56,073 nt of DNA from an uncultured Nitrososphaerota archaeon (GCA_964631995.1 CAZWAU010000057.1:1-56073); one strand, 5' to 3'; numbered from the stretch's first letter, positions 28,140 through 37,792 are shown. Made by a program: numbers and translations. The notes: generated by a model from the letters alone, not told the origin.

Positions 28140-29663
28140 TCATTTTCCTGCAATTCTTTTATCAGCATTGGCAAGTATGTTCTCGATCTGTCTTGCTGTT
28201 GCCTGATCGATCTGTGGCACAGGTTGATGCTCCTTCAATATTCTATCGACTTCCCGCTTGGCCCTAGGAAGAACATCCTCCTTTCCAGCTTTCGCCCAGG
28301 CCTCGTACCTCTGCCTGTCGAGTAGTTTTGAGAGGTATACCATCTCCCTGTTTCTTCGCAGCGTCAAGGAGTCGGAGAGATAGTTGCCCTTCGAAATCCC
28401 ACGTTCCATGATTTGCAGTTCAAAATCGATCTGTTCAGAAGGAATGCCTCGTTGCAACCTCTTCAACAACTCAACGATCTCGTTGTCTATCACAAGTTGT
28501 TCGAAGCAAAAGATCTGGTCTGAATCGACTTGCCCGGCTGGGCCCAAAGTTGTAGCTCCAGCAAGAACAGCCAATGTGGCTGTCAAAGTCTTTTCGATTG
28601 CAGCCTGGATTCCGGGCATCTTTGCATCGGTGCGAAGCGCGCGTGTGCCCCAAACCGGGATTCCGTAGTACTCCCTGATGAACTGGGACTCTGCCAGACC
28701 AACCAAAGCTGTCTCGGGAGCGGCATATAGGTGGCGGAGGTTGCGTGGGTCGGAGAGCATCACGTCGAGAGCCCAGCAGTGCTTTAAGCATACCCCGAGA
28801 CACCAAGAGGGAGCCGGCACCAGATCTGGATTCGCGAGCTCAGTCAGGTACAGACCTGGAACTATCTCGGCCACGTTCTGAGCAATCGCAGCTGGAATCG
28901 ACATTGGTGCCGTTACACCCGGCTGTGGCATGGAACCGATGGAAAAAGCTGGCAAACCAAGTTCCGAGTAGTAGAGGAGAAGGTCGATTACTCGGTCGTC
29001 GTATATGAGAGGCGAGATCGCCTCTAAAAGGGCTGTGTGCCTTGGCCTTTTCCTGAGCTCTTCCATTCCACCAGCCAAAACCTTTTCCACCTCTACCGCG
29101 ATCCTAGCCATCTCAAGGTCTATTATGTGGATCCACGCGATTGGCTTCGATGTAGTTTGGGCGAGGATCGCGAGGGCGTGGAGGCCCCTCGTCTTTGCTG
29201 GAGCATCGTGGGGGGTAATTGGCACTCCAACGATCTTTATGTTATCGAGGGAGTCTGCAAGGATTCCAGCTCTGGCTACGTCGTCTTTGGTTGCGTAGCG
29301 TCGTTCCAGCCTCTCGAGGTCGAAGATGTAATCATTTACTGTTCCAGTTATCATCTCCTGCAAAAGGATGGGGCCAAGGGAGAAGAAGATGCTTTCACCC
29401 ATCTTAATGTATTGCTTACGGTCCTGGTAGTAGAGCTTCAGATCTCTTCCAGTGCTTTTCCTGATTATGTCCTCGGAAAGGCTTCGGGGGATCTTCAACC
29501 TGCTTTTGCTCTCGTCAAAGGAGCATCCCCCGTCTTTGAGAAGACCAATTGCTCTTGGATGAGTTATGCGCACACCGATCTTTTCAAGTATCTGTAAGAA
29601 AAGTTCATGAATACCGTCCATCTCGGCTTCGTTAAGAATACGAAGCATCGACTCTGTTCTCAA
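28140..29663 (-). CDS. MttB-superfamily methyltransferase, non-pyrrolysine type
   Basis: It shows N-terminus-to-C-terminus collinearity with the trimethylamine methyltransferase family (ILNEAEMDGIHELFLQILEKIGVRI..). The frame is uninterrupted, with no in-frame TAG. ATG 29648 is an alternative start to TTG 29663. Confidence 0.8.
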   Translation of the reverse strand: MRTESMLRILNEAEMDGIHELFLQILEKIGVRITHPRAIGLLKDGGCSFDESKSRLKIPRSLSEDIIRKSTGRDLKLYYQDRKQYIKMGESIFFSLGPILLQEMITGTVNDYIFDLERLERRYATKDDVARAGILADSLDNIKIVGVPITPHDAPAKTRGLHALAILAQTTSKPIAWIHIIDLEMARIAVEVEKVLAGGMEELRKRPRHTALLEAISPLIYDDRVIDLLLYYSELGLPAFSIGSMPQPGVTAPMSIPAAIAQNVAEIVPGLYLTELANPDLVPAPSWCLGVCLKHCWALDVMLSDPRNLRHLYAAPETALVGLAESQFIREYYGIPVWGTRALRTDAKMPGIQAAIEKTLTATLAVLAGATTLGPAGQVDSDQIFCFEQLVIDNEIVELLKRLQRGIPSEQIDFELQIMERGISKGNYLSDSLTLRRNREMVYLSKLLDRQRYEAWAKAGKEDVLPRAKREVDRILKEHQPVPQIDQATARQIENILANADKRIAGK

Positions 29664-29874
29664 CTTTTATGCGTAACGCAATACGACCAATTGGGCTGAT
29701 AACAGTTGCGTAACCTACGTAGGCGCTTTTGGATGCCCCAGAGACGCAACGTTCAAAAGTGATTGTGGAGCATTCCCGAATGGAGTGTGCACGAGCTGAA
29801 GGAGCCCTTAAAATACGAAAAGACTTCGATATTCTTAGAAGCTGCCAGCAAAGGAGCATGGGAGTAGGTTTCAG

Positions 29875-31743
29875 ATGCCCTCTGAAATGGGTTCGCAGCT
29901 GAAAAGGCTTGGGACGCTCCTTCGAGAGGGAGCGGAGGAGGAGGTCGATGAAACGAAGACCAGGCTTGAATCCGCTGCCCAACTTTACAGGGATTTTGTA
30001 TCAAATATAATTGTGTCAAGCTTCGACCAAGACGAGGCCACGCGAACTGCGGAGAAGCTTTTTGGATCGACAAGCGTGAAGTTTGCAGCAATAGATGGAT
30101 CTGAAGACCAGAGGTTGGTTGCGGGATTGGCTGTATTTTGGGGCGGAGCATGCGCTTCGACGGGCATTGTGGAGTTCAGGAAAGGTTCATTGCCAAAAGT
30201 TTCATACGAAACTGGGTTCGTAAAGAGGGGACAAGGTGTTTCAAGTTGTGTTCCCATCTATGTTGATCGGGTTGTCGAGGTGGACCAAAAGATCTTGAAG
30301 CTCTCCGAATCGGGGGAAGCAACATTGACTGTCCCACTTACCGAGCAGGCGGTTGTGGACAACTCGAGCATCGCAGGTTGGATCATGATCTTCTCAGAAC
30401 TTTACCTTGCATATCGTATGGTGATAGACGAAGGCATAAAGATCGTGCTGCTTGATCGCAGCCTGTCAAACACCCAGACGAGCCTGATCTATGACACTTC
30501 GAGGAGGGGCAGGTGGGAGAGCGAATGTTCCATCTGTGGCTTCGATTTAGAAGGCTTGCCGATCGACAGGAATGAAATGGGATATGGAAGGTACCACTAT
30601 ATTAACCAAGAACTGAAGATACCTTCTGCTCGGGGAGATTCGATCAGATATTCTGTCATCTACCTCGTGCAAGAAAAAGGAGTGCCGATGAGCCTTGAGG
30701 AGGTTTGCGAAGCTCTGGGCGTAAATGAGCATGACCGGAAGGAGAGGGTCAGAAAGTATCTGAAGAAGGCCGTCGCTGAAGGGTACTTAATAGAGCAGGA
30801 AGGAAAGTACATTTCGAATCCACGCTATGAGAGAAGCTGGGAGAGATTGAGGAAGCTGGTTGAGATGATCGGTCAGCAGCTTTTTGAGGCGAGGAAGGGT
30901 AACCCGATGCGTATTAAAAGAGGAGATGAGTTCAGGTGGCTTACAACGCAAGACATGGCTTTCTTGACTCTCTACTGCCTGTATATGCTCATTGAGGAGT
31001 GCTGGAAGAGAAATGTTCTCCTAGTTGGAATTACGAAGGACACGACTGCACGGGATTTCAAGTCACACGTTGTTCCAGTTTGCGGAAATGTTGGGATATG
31101 GAAGGTAGATGAGCAAAGACTTAGGGATATACCTACTACAGACAGGATGTTCCTTCAATCGATCAGCATGAATAACTATGAAGATATTCCAGTACCTTGG
31201 AGCCTTATCGAGTATGATACGTCTTTCCAAACGATTGTGCCCGACTTTAAGAAGAGGGCCGGATATGTGAGTGGTGCGAGGAGGAATAGGATAAGTGCCG
31301 AGAGGACATTCGTAAAATCGTATATACAACTTGGACAGTCAAAGAGAGATCCACAGTTCAGGAGCAACGTACTTTTCATCGACAGACTTGCATATCCCCA
31401 GTTCGATACTCCCCGATTAAAATTGAATCACGAGTATGATGGAGCGGTAGAGCCGGTAGAGGTCATCTTCTACAAGGACAAGGAAACGAAGAACGAGATA
31501 CAGAACTTAGTGGTGACTATCCTTAGAAGTATGGGAGGCGGGAGCATTCCTGAAGCATTTGGCCACAATAGGCCGCTATTCGTTGCAGACAAGATTGCGA
31601 AGGCCCAGAGGAGGAGCGTGGTCGGAATGCTGGACGCGACTGGACACTGGCTTATGAACAGCTCCAGGCTCAGGCGATTCTGCTTTTATATGAACACATT
31701 CAGAGAGAGAAGGGCGGAAGTAGAGCATGCAAGAGGCAGATAG
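29875..31743 (+). CDS. NurA-domain nuclease, enlarged (622 aa) with internal wHTH-like insertion
   Basis: NurA motifs are KFAAIDGSEDQ, KIVLLDRSLS, LLVGITKDTTARDF and C-terminal GHNRPLFVADKIA. The insertion is VQEKGVPMSLEEVCEALGVNEHDRKERVRKYLKKAVAEGYLIEQEGKY. Confidence 0.75.
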   Translation: MPSEMGSQLKRLGTLLREGAEEEVDETKTRLESAAQLYRDFVSNIIVSSFDQDEATRTAEKLFGSTSVKFAAIDGSEDQRLVAGLAVFWGGACASTGIVEFRKGSLPKVSYETGFVKRGQGVSSCVPIYVDRVVEVDQKILKLSESGEATLTVPLTEQAVVDNSSIAGWIMIFSELYLAYRMVIDEGIKIVLLDRSLSNTQTSLIYDTSRRGRWESECSICGFDLEGLPIDRNEMGYGRYHYINQELKIPSARGDSIRYSVIYLVQEKGVPMSLEEVCEALGVNEHDRKERVRKYLKKAVAEGYLIEQEGKYISNPRYERSWERLRKLVEMIGQQLFEARKGNPMRIKRGDEFRWLTTQDMAFLTLYCLYMLIEECWKRNVLLVGITKDTTARDFKSHVVPVCGNVGIWKVDEQRLRDIPTTDRMFLQSISMNNYEDIPVPWSLIEYDTSFQTIVPDFKKRAGYVSGARRNRISAERTFVKSYIQLGQSKRDPQFRSNVLFIDRLAYPQFDTPRLKLNHEYDGAVEPVEVIFYKDKETKNEIQNLVVTILRSMGGGSIPEAFGHNRPLFVADKIAKAQRRSVVGMLDATGHWLMNSSRLRRFCFYMNTFRERRAEVEHARGR

Positions 31744-33586
31744 AAAGTACTTCACCGATTTTGGTGGAAGATTCAGAGCGCGCCTCAGTTCTGTACACGC
31801 TACAAGCGGCATAGCAACGGTACCTTCTGAAACGACAGGTGTTTCGGCGAAGTATCAGTGCAGGATAAAGGTCGAGTACCAGAAGGAACTGATGGGTCTT
31901 CTCGAAGAAGGGATGCTGCTCGCTGTCAGGAACTTCAAGTCGACAAGAACCAGTGGTGGGGGAAGGTACACACTTCTTGAGGCATCGAGAATAGGGCCGG
32001 AGCACTATGGTCTGAAGGGGCTCTCCGACTCAAGTTATTATCCGTACCAGTTCGAAGTGATAGAGCAGACGGTCGATGACTGGGGAACCGATGACAAGGC
32101 GATCATGATGATTCAGATGAACGCGATCCCCCTGAACTACGACCTGGTAATAGATGATAATGGCGAATGCAAGTACGTAAAGGGATTTACCTATCCCATA
32201 ATAGCTGAGGAAGTTCACATACTCAATAAAGATACCATACACCAGATGTACAATAGGCCAGTCTTGGAAAGAATGGGAAGAAATTGGAAAAAGATCGAGA
32301 CGACACATTTGGCAAGAGAAGACTGCAGGCTTGGAACTATAAAGATGTTTGAGGCGGAGGGGGAGAGCATCCCGATCTACGTTGATTTCGAGAGGCTCGT
32401 GAGGTACCACTTTGGTATTTTCGGATTCACGGGCTCAGGTAAGTCAAACCTAATGTCGAACATACTGAGAAGACTCATCTACCACTCGAGGGATACAAAG
32501 GTTGTCGTATTTGATATTTCTATGGAGTATCCTTTTCTACTGCAGGATGTCTTGGCAGATCCCAAAATTTCTTCAAAGGTTATATTGGAGACACCTGTCG
32601 AGGACGTTGAGCAATTCTACAAAGTTGTTGTGAAACCGAGGGGATTCGAGAAGGATGATAGGGCAAAGCGTTCTTTCGAAGCGATCATGAGGCAGGGGAA
32701 GCTTGGTTACTTTGCAGAGTCCACCTCGGCCTCGGTCACGTATGAAGATATTCTACGCCAATTCGAAATGCTTAGGCAGGAGAATGAAAACAAGGCCACA
32801 AACCTTGAAGCGATCGACGCCCTCCAAAGAGCCGTATTAAGGTATATGAAAGAGAAAAAGCTTGAGCGCGGAAGAGCCATAGACGAAAGGTTCGTCGATT
32901 TTCTGAGCGAAGAAGCCATTACGACATTTGACAAGTACAAGATATGGAAAAGCGGAAGCCTATACGCCTGGGCTATGACTAGGAGCGAACTAAAAGAAAG
33001 GATCGGGCTCGAGGACAAGGAAGAGAAAGGTGAAAGTTACGACACGAAAGACATTTCGGAGATGATCGAATCAGAAACTAGAATCATCTGTCTTTCTATT
33101 GTTGATCCAAACATTATTAAAAACCTTGCCATCGATCTCTCAAAAATGGTACTTTTGGAAAGGAAAAGAGAATTCAAAGTCGAGCCTTCGATCCTTTTCA
33201 TATTCGATGAGGCCCAAGAATTCATCCCATCGCATGACAGGGCAAGGGGCATAGAGAAGGAGTGCACTGTGCAGGTCGAAACTCTTCTGAGGCAGGGAAG
33301 GAAGTATGGACTAGGAGGGTGCATTGCGACGCAGAGGATAGCTTACCTGAACACAAACGCGCTGCAGCAACTGCACACCTACTTCATCGGCCCCATGCCA
33401 AGACCATATGATAGAAGCCTCGTCAGCAACACCTTCACCATAGACCAAGGCATACTTGAGAAGACGCTTGAGTTTGCTCCAGGGGAGTGGTTGCTATCAA
33501 GTTATGTAGCGACTGGAATAGAGAATGTTCCGATCTTTGTGAAGGCGGACAACGCCGAGCTGGAGATAGAGAGGTTCTTAGGTTGA
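31727..33586 (+). CDS. HerA-like (DUF87/FtsK-HerA superfamily) ATPase
   Basis: Walker A is FGFTGSGKSNL, Walker B is ILFIFDEAQEFIP and the sensor is GGCIATQRIAYLN. There is an N-terminal HAS-barrel-like region. The start overlaps the NurA stop by 17 nt. Confidence 0.85.
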   Translation: MQEADRKYFTDFGGRFRARLSSVHATSGIATVPSETTGVSAKYQCRIKVEYQKELMGLLEEGMLLAVRNFKSTRTSGGGRYTLLEASRIGPEHYGLKGLSDSSYYPYQFEVIEQTVDDWGTDDKAIMMIQMNAIPLNYDLVIDDNGECKYVKGFTYPIIAEEVHILNKDTIHQMYNRPVLERMGRNWKKIETTHLAREDCRLGTIKMFEAEGESIPIYVDFERLVRYHFGIFGFTGSGKSNLMSNILRRLIYHSRDTKVVVFDISMEYPFLLQDVLADPKISSKVILETPVEDVEQFYKVVVKPRGFEKDDRAKRSFEAIMRQGKLGYFAESTSASVTYEDILRQFEMLRQENENKATNLEAIDALQRAVLRYMKEKKLERGRAIDERFVDFLSEEAITTFDKYKIWKSGSLYAWAMTRSELKERIGLEDKEEKGESYDTKDISEMIESETRIICLSIVDPNIIKNLAIDLSKMVLLERKREFKVEPSILFIFDEAQEFIPSHDRARGIEKECTVQVETLLRQGRKYGLGGCIATQRIAYLNTNALQQLHTYFIGPMPRPYDRSLVSNTFTIDQGILEKTLEFAPGEWLLSSYVATGIENVPIFVKADNAELEIERFLG

Positions 33587-33677
33587 TTCAGCTCATGCAA
33601 TGGATTGCTTTAGAGCCTCCCAGCACCAGTTTTCCAAGAGGCGATGAAAGTCTTAAATCGGTGAACTCGGAACACTG

Positions 33678-34022
33678 ATGCGTGGAGAACTGAATCCTTT
33701 GGAGGAAAAATTGAAGTCCTTCTTGAAAACTGGATCGGATTGGGCTAGACTTAAAACAAGCGTTCCAGGTGTTTTCGTTTTGAAGCTTCCGCCATTTCGC
33801 GGCAGTCCTGCGCGCCTTGCAGTTGAACTCAATCCGGTCGACGATTCTGGGAATCCGACGAGGAGGAGAGGATTGATATTGAGGAACTTTGATGAACTTT
33901 CGCAGTACAAGCAGCTCTTTCAGACGGACAAGCTAGAGCCTTTGGTTAAGAGCGTAGAAACTGCAAACCCCGTCGAGAAGAAGAAGTTTGTAAAACCCGG
34001 AGAAGATGTCTTGGAGATTTAA
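33678..34022 (+). CDS. hypothetical protein (114 aa)
   Basis: The ATG has a CTTAAAT box at 33652-33658. Its stop codon directly abuts the helicase start. I recognise no motif. Confidence 0.5.
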   Translation: MRGELNPLEEKLKSFLKTGSDWARLKTSVPGVFVLKLPPFRGSPARLAVELNPVDDSGNPTRRRGLILRNFDELSQYKQLFQTDKLEPLVKSVETANPVEKKKFVKPGEDVLEI

Positions 34023-36161
34023 TTGCTCTCAAAATCCCCTGAAAGGAGGACTTTTTACGAACATCCATTGGTGAGGGATGGCGCGGTCGAGTACAGGGTT
34101 TACCAAGCCAGAATAGCTGAAGCTGCTTCAAAAGGGAATACGTTAGTAGTTCTGCCCACGGCACTTGGCAAGACAATCATATCAGCGCTTGTGGCTGCAA
34201 ATATCTTGTACTCCTACAGGCATGCTAGGATCCTCGTGATGGCGCCTACCAGACCCCTCGTTGCGCAACATAGAGAAAGTTTTCTACGCATACTGAAAAT
34301 TGGCGAAGAGGATGCTGTCATGCTCACAGGCCATACACCGCCAGAGATGCGAGAGGTTGTTTGGAAAAGCTCTGCTAGAGTTTTGCTGGCAACGCCCCAA
34401 GTCGTAAGGAACGACATTTTAGATGGGCGGTTGACGCTGGAAAGCTTTGGCCTCCTGATATTCGACGAGTGTCACAGGGCTGTCAAGGAGTACGCTTACA
34501 CAGATATCGCAAGTTTCTATCGACAACAAGCTGAGAACTCGCTCGTTCTTGCCATGACAGCCTCGCCCGGATCGAGTCTTGAGAGGATCCAAGATGTTTG
34601 CGTAAATCTCTCAATTGAACAGATTTTTTACAGGACTGAGGAAGATGAAGACGTAAGACCTTACATCCATGCTATAGATGTCGATTGGAGGCGAATAGAC
34701 CTTCCGGAAGATTACGCTCCCTTTGAAAAAGCATTGAGGAGCATGCTGATGGAAAAACTGCAGCGACTTTCCACGCAGGGCCTTCTAGAAAAAGACCCAA
34801 GATTCGTGGGGAGGAGGGAGCTTGTTGAGCTTGGTGACCTGCTTCGCTTCCGCCTGGAGGTTAGCGTAGAGGAGGAAAGGGAGAGGTGGATGCGGGCGAT
34901 TTTGCAACAATCGATGGCCCTTACGATATTCCACATGATAGAACTTCTACTTAGTCAGGGACCACAGACCTTGTCTTCCTTCATTGAGAAGATGGAAAGA
35001 GAGAGGAAGGAGAAGAGAAGCTATGGCATCATCTTGGCTGAGATGGAATCGATGGGAATCCTTGAGAAACTTGAGGCGCTAAAAAGGACACTTCATCCTA
35101 AAGTACTGCATTTGGTGAAGATAGTTAAGGAGCACCTTAGAGAAAATGGAAAGGGCAGAATTTTGGTGTTCTCGCAGTACAGAGATACGGTCGGTCATCT
35201 TGTGAGCGTTATGGAAAAAGTAGAGGGCGTTTCGGTCTCGCGTTTCGTTGGGCAAGCTTCGAAGTTTGGCGGGAGGGGCATGAGCCAGAAGGAGCAAATG
35301 CAAGTACTGAATGAGCTTCGAGATGGCGCGATCAATGTTCTTGTTTGCACAAGCATCGCTGAAGAAGGTTTGGACATTCCTGAGGTGGACCTTGTTGTGT
35401 TCTACGAGCCAATTCCGAGCGAGATAAGGTACATCCAGAGGCGCGGTAGGACAGGGAGAAGGGCTCCGGGAAAAGTGATAGTGCTCGCGGCCAAAAACAC
35501 ACTCGATATGGCTTACTTGAGGGCGAGTATGAAGCGCTTGGAGAAGATGAGGAGCATGATGGAGAAACTGAGCAGAACGCTCTCAACAAAGCCCCTCAGG
35601 CCGAGGCCACACATGGATCCCTTGACTCCTGAGGAGCTAGCGATTTTGGAAAGAAAGTCTCGAGCTCCTATCTTAGAGGCCGAGGTCGCCTTCCCAGTGA
35701 AGATCGAGGAAGCGGAAAAGGAAGCCAAGAGGGCGATGTCCAAGGATGTCGACAAGGCCTGCAAGGCGCTCTACGTGAAGCTTTTGGAGCATGGCGGAAA
35801 AGCAGAAGTTGAAAGCCTACTGTCAGACCTAGAAGTGGAAGGCTACTCAAGCGCTTTGACCGAAGCAGCGCTCAAAAAGCTGCTAAAAGAACGTAGGGTG
35901 TTCGCTCCCGAAATTGGGGCTGTTGCCATCCCGAAGGCATGCAAGGGAGATGAGCACGAAGTGTCCGTTGAGAAAATCCTGAAAGGTGAAGCTGTAGTTT
36001 GGGTTGATGGGAAGTGGCGCGCACGCCTACAATCTGAAGATTACAACGGACCAAGGTCTATATTGAGAAAGGATGCATGCTTCAAAGTAATAGGGAAACT
36101 TTATCGCATGGATGGCGTACTCTGCCTCAGGATCTATCAAGTGATTGGGTTAATGAAGTAA
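34023..36161 (+). CDS. Hef/FANCM/Mph1-like SF2 helicase (COG1111-type) without XPF nuclease domain
   Basis: It has YRVYQARIAEAA, motif I LPTALGKT, motif II FDECHRAV, motif III MTASPG and motif VI QRRGRTGR. The C-terminal ~170 aa show no ERK/GDxnERKx3D nuclease motif. The start codon is TTG. Confidence 0.85.
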   Translation: MLSKSPERRTFYEHPLVRDGAVEYRVYQARIAEAASKGNTLVVLPTALGKTIISALVAANILYSYRHARILVMAPTRPLVAQHRESFLRILKIGEEDAVMLTGHTPPEMREVVWKSSARVLLATPQVVRNDILDGRLTLESFGLLIFDECHRAVKEYAYTDIASFYRQQAENSLVLAMTASPGSSLERIQDVCVNLSIEQIFYRTEEDEDVRPYIHAIDVDWRRIDLPEDYAPFEKALRSMLMEKLQRLSTQGLLEKDPRFVGRRELVELGDLLRFRLEVSVEEERERWMRAILQQSMALTIFHMIELLLSQGPQTLSSFIEKMERERKEKRSYGIILAEMESMGILEKLEALKRTLHPKVLHLVKIVKEHLRENGKGRILVFSQYRDTVGHLVSVMEKVEGVSVSRFVGQASKFGGRGMSQKEQMQVLNELRDGAINVLVCTSIAEEGLDIPEVDLVVFYEPIPSEIRYIQRRGRTGRRAPGKVIVLAAKNTLDMAYLRASMKRLEKMRSMMEKLSRTLSTKPLRPRPHMDPLTPEELAILERKSRAPILEAEVAFPVKIEEAEKEAKRAMSKDVDKACKALYVKLLEHGGKAEVESLLSDLEVEGYSSALTEAALKKLLKERRVFAPEIGAVAIPKACKGDEHEVSVEKILKGEAVVWVDGKWRARLQSEDYNGPRSILRKDACFKVIGKLYRMDGVLCLRIYQVIGLMK

Positions 36162-36181
36162 TGGATCGGGTGTTGTGAAAG

Positions 36182-36958
36182 ATGTCGGAAGAAAGGAAGG
36201 CGAATACGGAGAAGCTCTTTTCGTACTTTTGGAGAGAGTTGGGAAAGGTTGGGCGCGATGGAGTGTTAGGAGTGGCTAGCTTTGCAGACGTTTTTGGTGA
36301 ACTGATGCCCGTCCAAAGGAACAAGCTGAAGGAGCTCTGTGGCAGAAGCTTTCAGAACATGCTCAGTGGCGGTTCGATCGTATCTATTGGGATCTCACAT
36401 TCGGAGAATGCCATAGACTCTATCAATGTAGTTGTCAATGGCATCATTGACAAGAAAAGGTGGAACGAATATGGAAGGGAATACGAAAAGATCAATCAGA
36501 GTCTTGACGAGATCGCTGGAAAGATAGCTGATAGCTTCGGAGGAACGCCGATAGCAGCAACTATAGGAGGACTTGTGAGAAAGGTAAGTAAAGTCGAGGA
36601 ATACTATACGCTCACGATCTCTCACAGAATCGTGGCCGAGTGCGCCGGCCTAGGATGGAGAGGAAAGAACGAACTTGTAGTGAACGAGAGGTATGGGTGC
36701 GCCTTAAGGTTCGCATCCATTGTGATGGATACCAAGTTTCAAAATGGGAATAAAATGGAATCCAAGTGCGGCCATTGTAGCGCATGCCTTGATGCCTGCT
36801 CGATATTGAAAAACAAAGACAAGCTGAAAAATTACAGGGAAAACTGCAGGAGATTCATCGAGTCTCTTGGCCTTGAGCACGAGGTCTGCGGAAAGTGCAT
36901 CGCAGCTTGTTACAGGAAAAGTATCTACAAGGACATTTTTAGGCTCAAACACATCTAG
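36182..36958 (+). CDS. QueG/reductive-dehalogenase-like 4Fe-4S protein
   Basis: It has SHRIVAECAGLGWRGKNELVVNERYG, CGHCSACLDAC and a second partial Cys cluster VCGKCIAACY. It lies 20 nt downstream of the helicase. Confidence 0.6.
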   Translation: MSEERKANTEKLFSYFWRELGKVGRDGVLGVASFADVFGELMPVQRNKLKELCGRSFQNMLSGGSIVSIGISHSENAIDSINVVVNGIIDKKRWNEYGREYEKINQSLDEIAGKIADSFGGTPIAATIGGLVRKVSKVEEYYTLTISHRIVAECAGLGWRGKNELVVNERYGCALRFASIVMDTKFQNGNKMESKCGHCSACLDACSILKNKDKLKNYRENCRRFIESLGLEHEVCGKCIAACYRKSIYKDIFRLKHI

Positions 36959-37021
36959 GGTGCGGCGGCTCACAAGCACACACTCGAAAGCTTGAGATTC
37001 GCTATGCTGCAAGTATCATGC

Positions 37022-37792
37022 CTAACGGGAACATTGCGAGTCCAGAGATTTTGCTTGATTGGCCTTCTCATATGATTCCGGCGTTCCGATGTCCCACCAC
37101 TCCCCTCCCAATGTGTACGCGTAGATTTTTTCTTTCTTGCAAAGCCACTCTATGAAGTGGCCTGGGCTATCAGCATTATTTCCCTGCTTCAGATATTCAT
37201 GTATACTCCTTATGCTACTCCTTGGCAACAAGTAGATGCAAGTCCCAATAAGGGTTGTTTTTGGCTTTTCTGGCTTTTCCTCGAAACCTACTAATACACC
37301 GTCAGAATCAACAACCGCGGCAGAGAACTTTTTCACAGCTTTGGTATCACCGACATCATATACTGCCACAACGGGCCGCTTCCTATCTTTGTATTGTTTG
37401 ACAAAACCACCTAAGCTGGATGTGAACAGGTTGTCACCAGCTATTACGAGGTACTCATCGCCTTCAATCTCATCTACCAATTCTGCTAAAGCCTTAATCG
37501 CGCCCAACTTCTCCTCCTCCTTTCTGCTACGTTCTGCTCTTATCCTGATGTTCTTTCGGGGTTTTTTCGAAAGCCACTCCATGAACTGACCTTCGAACCT
37601 TTGGTTTGTAGCAACAACGATTTGCTCAATCTCTCCTATCTTCTCGAGCTTTTCAACTATGTATTCGATTATCGGTTTTCCTTTTATAGGCAGAAGCGGT
37701 TTGCTGATGTCCTTGGTCATTGGGTAAAGGCGGGTCGCATACCCTCCAGCCAAGATGATCGCGATCACCGAAAGCCCGAATCCACTAAGCAT
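37022..37792 (-). CDS. sugar-phosphate nucleotidyltransferase
   Basis: It has AIILAGGYATRLYPMTKDISKPLLPIKGKPII. Confidence 0.85.
   Translation of the reverse strand: MLSGFGLSVIAIILAGGYATRLYPMTKDISKPLLPIKGKPIIEYIVEKLEKIGEIEQIVVATNQRFEGQFMEWLSKKPRKNIRIRAERSRKEEEKLGAIKALAELVDEIEGDEYLVIAGDNLFTSSLGGFVKQYKDRKRPVVAVYDVGDTKAVKKFSAAVVDSDGVLVGFEEKPEKPKTTLIGTCIYLLPRSSIRSIHEYLKQGNNADSPGHFIEWLCKKEKIYAYTLGGEWWDIGTPESYEKANQAKSLDSQCSR

Noticed and set aside
28140-29663. Possible pyrrolysine (in-frame TAG) in the MttB homologue.
   Set aside because: The frame is continuous over 507 codons with no internal amber codon, so this is a non-Pyl member.
29664-29874. Repeated TGCGTAAC / ACGCAACGT motifs in the MttB-NurA divergent spacer, considered as operator sites.
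   Set aside because: There are only two 8-mers with 4-bp dyad arms, which is within chance expectation for 210 bp.
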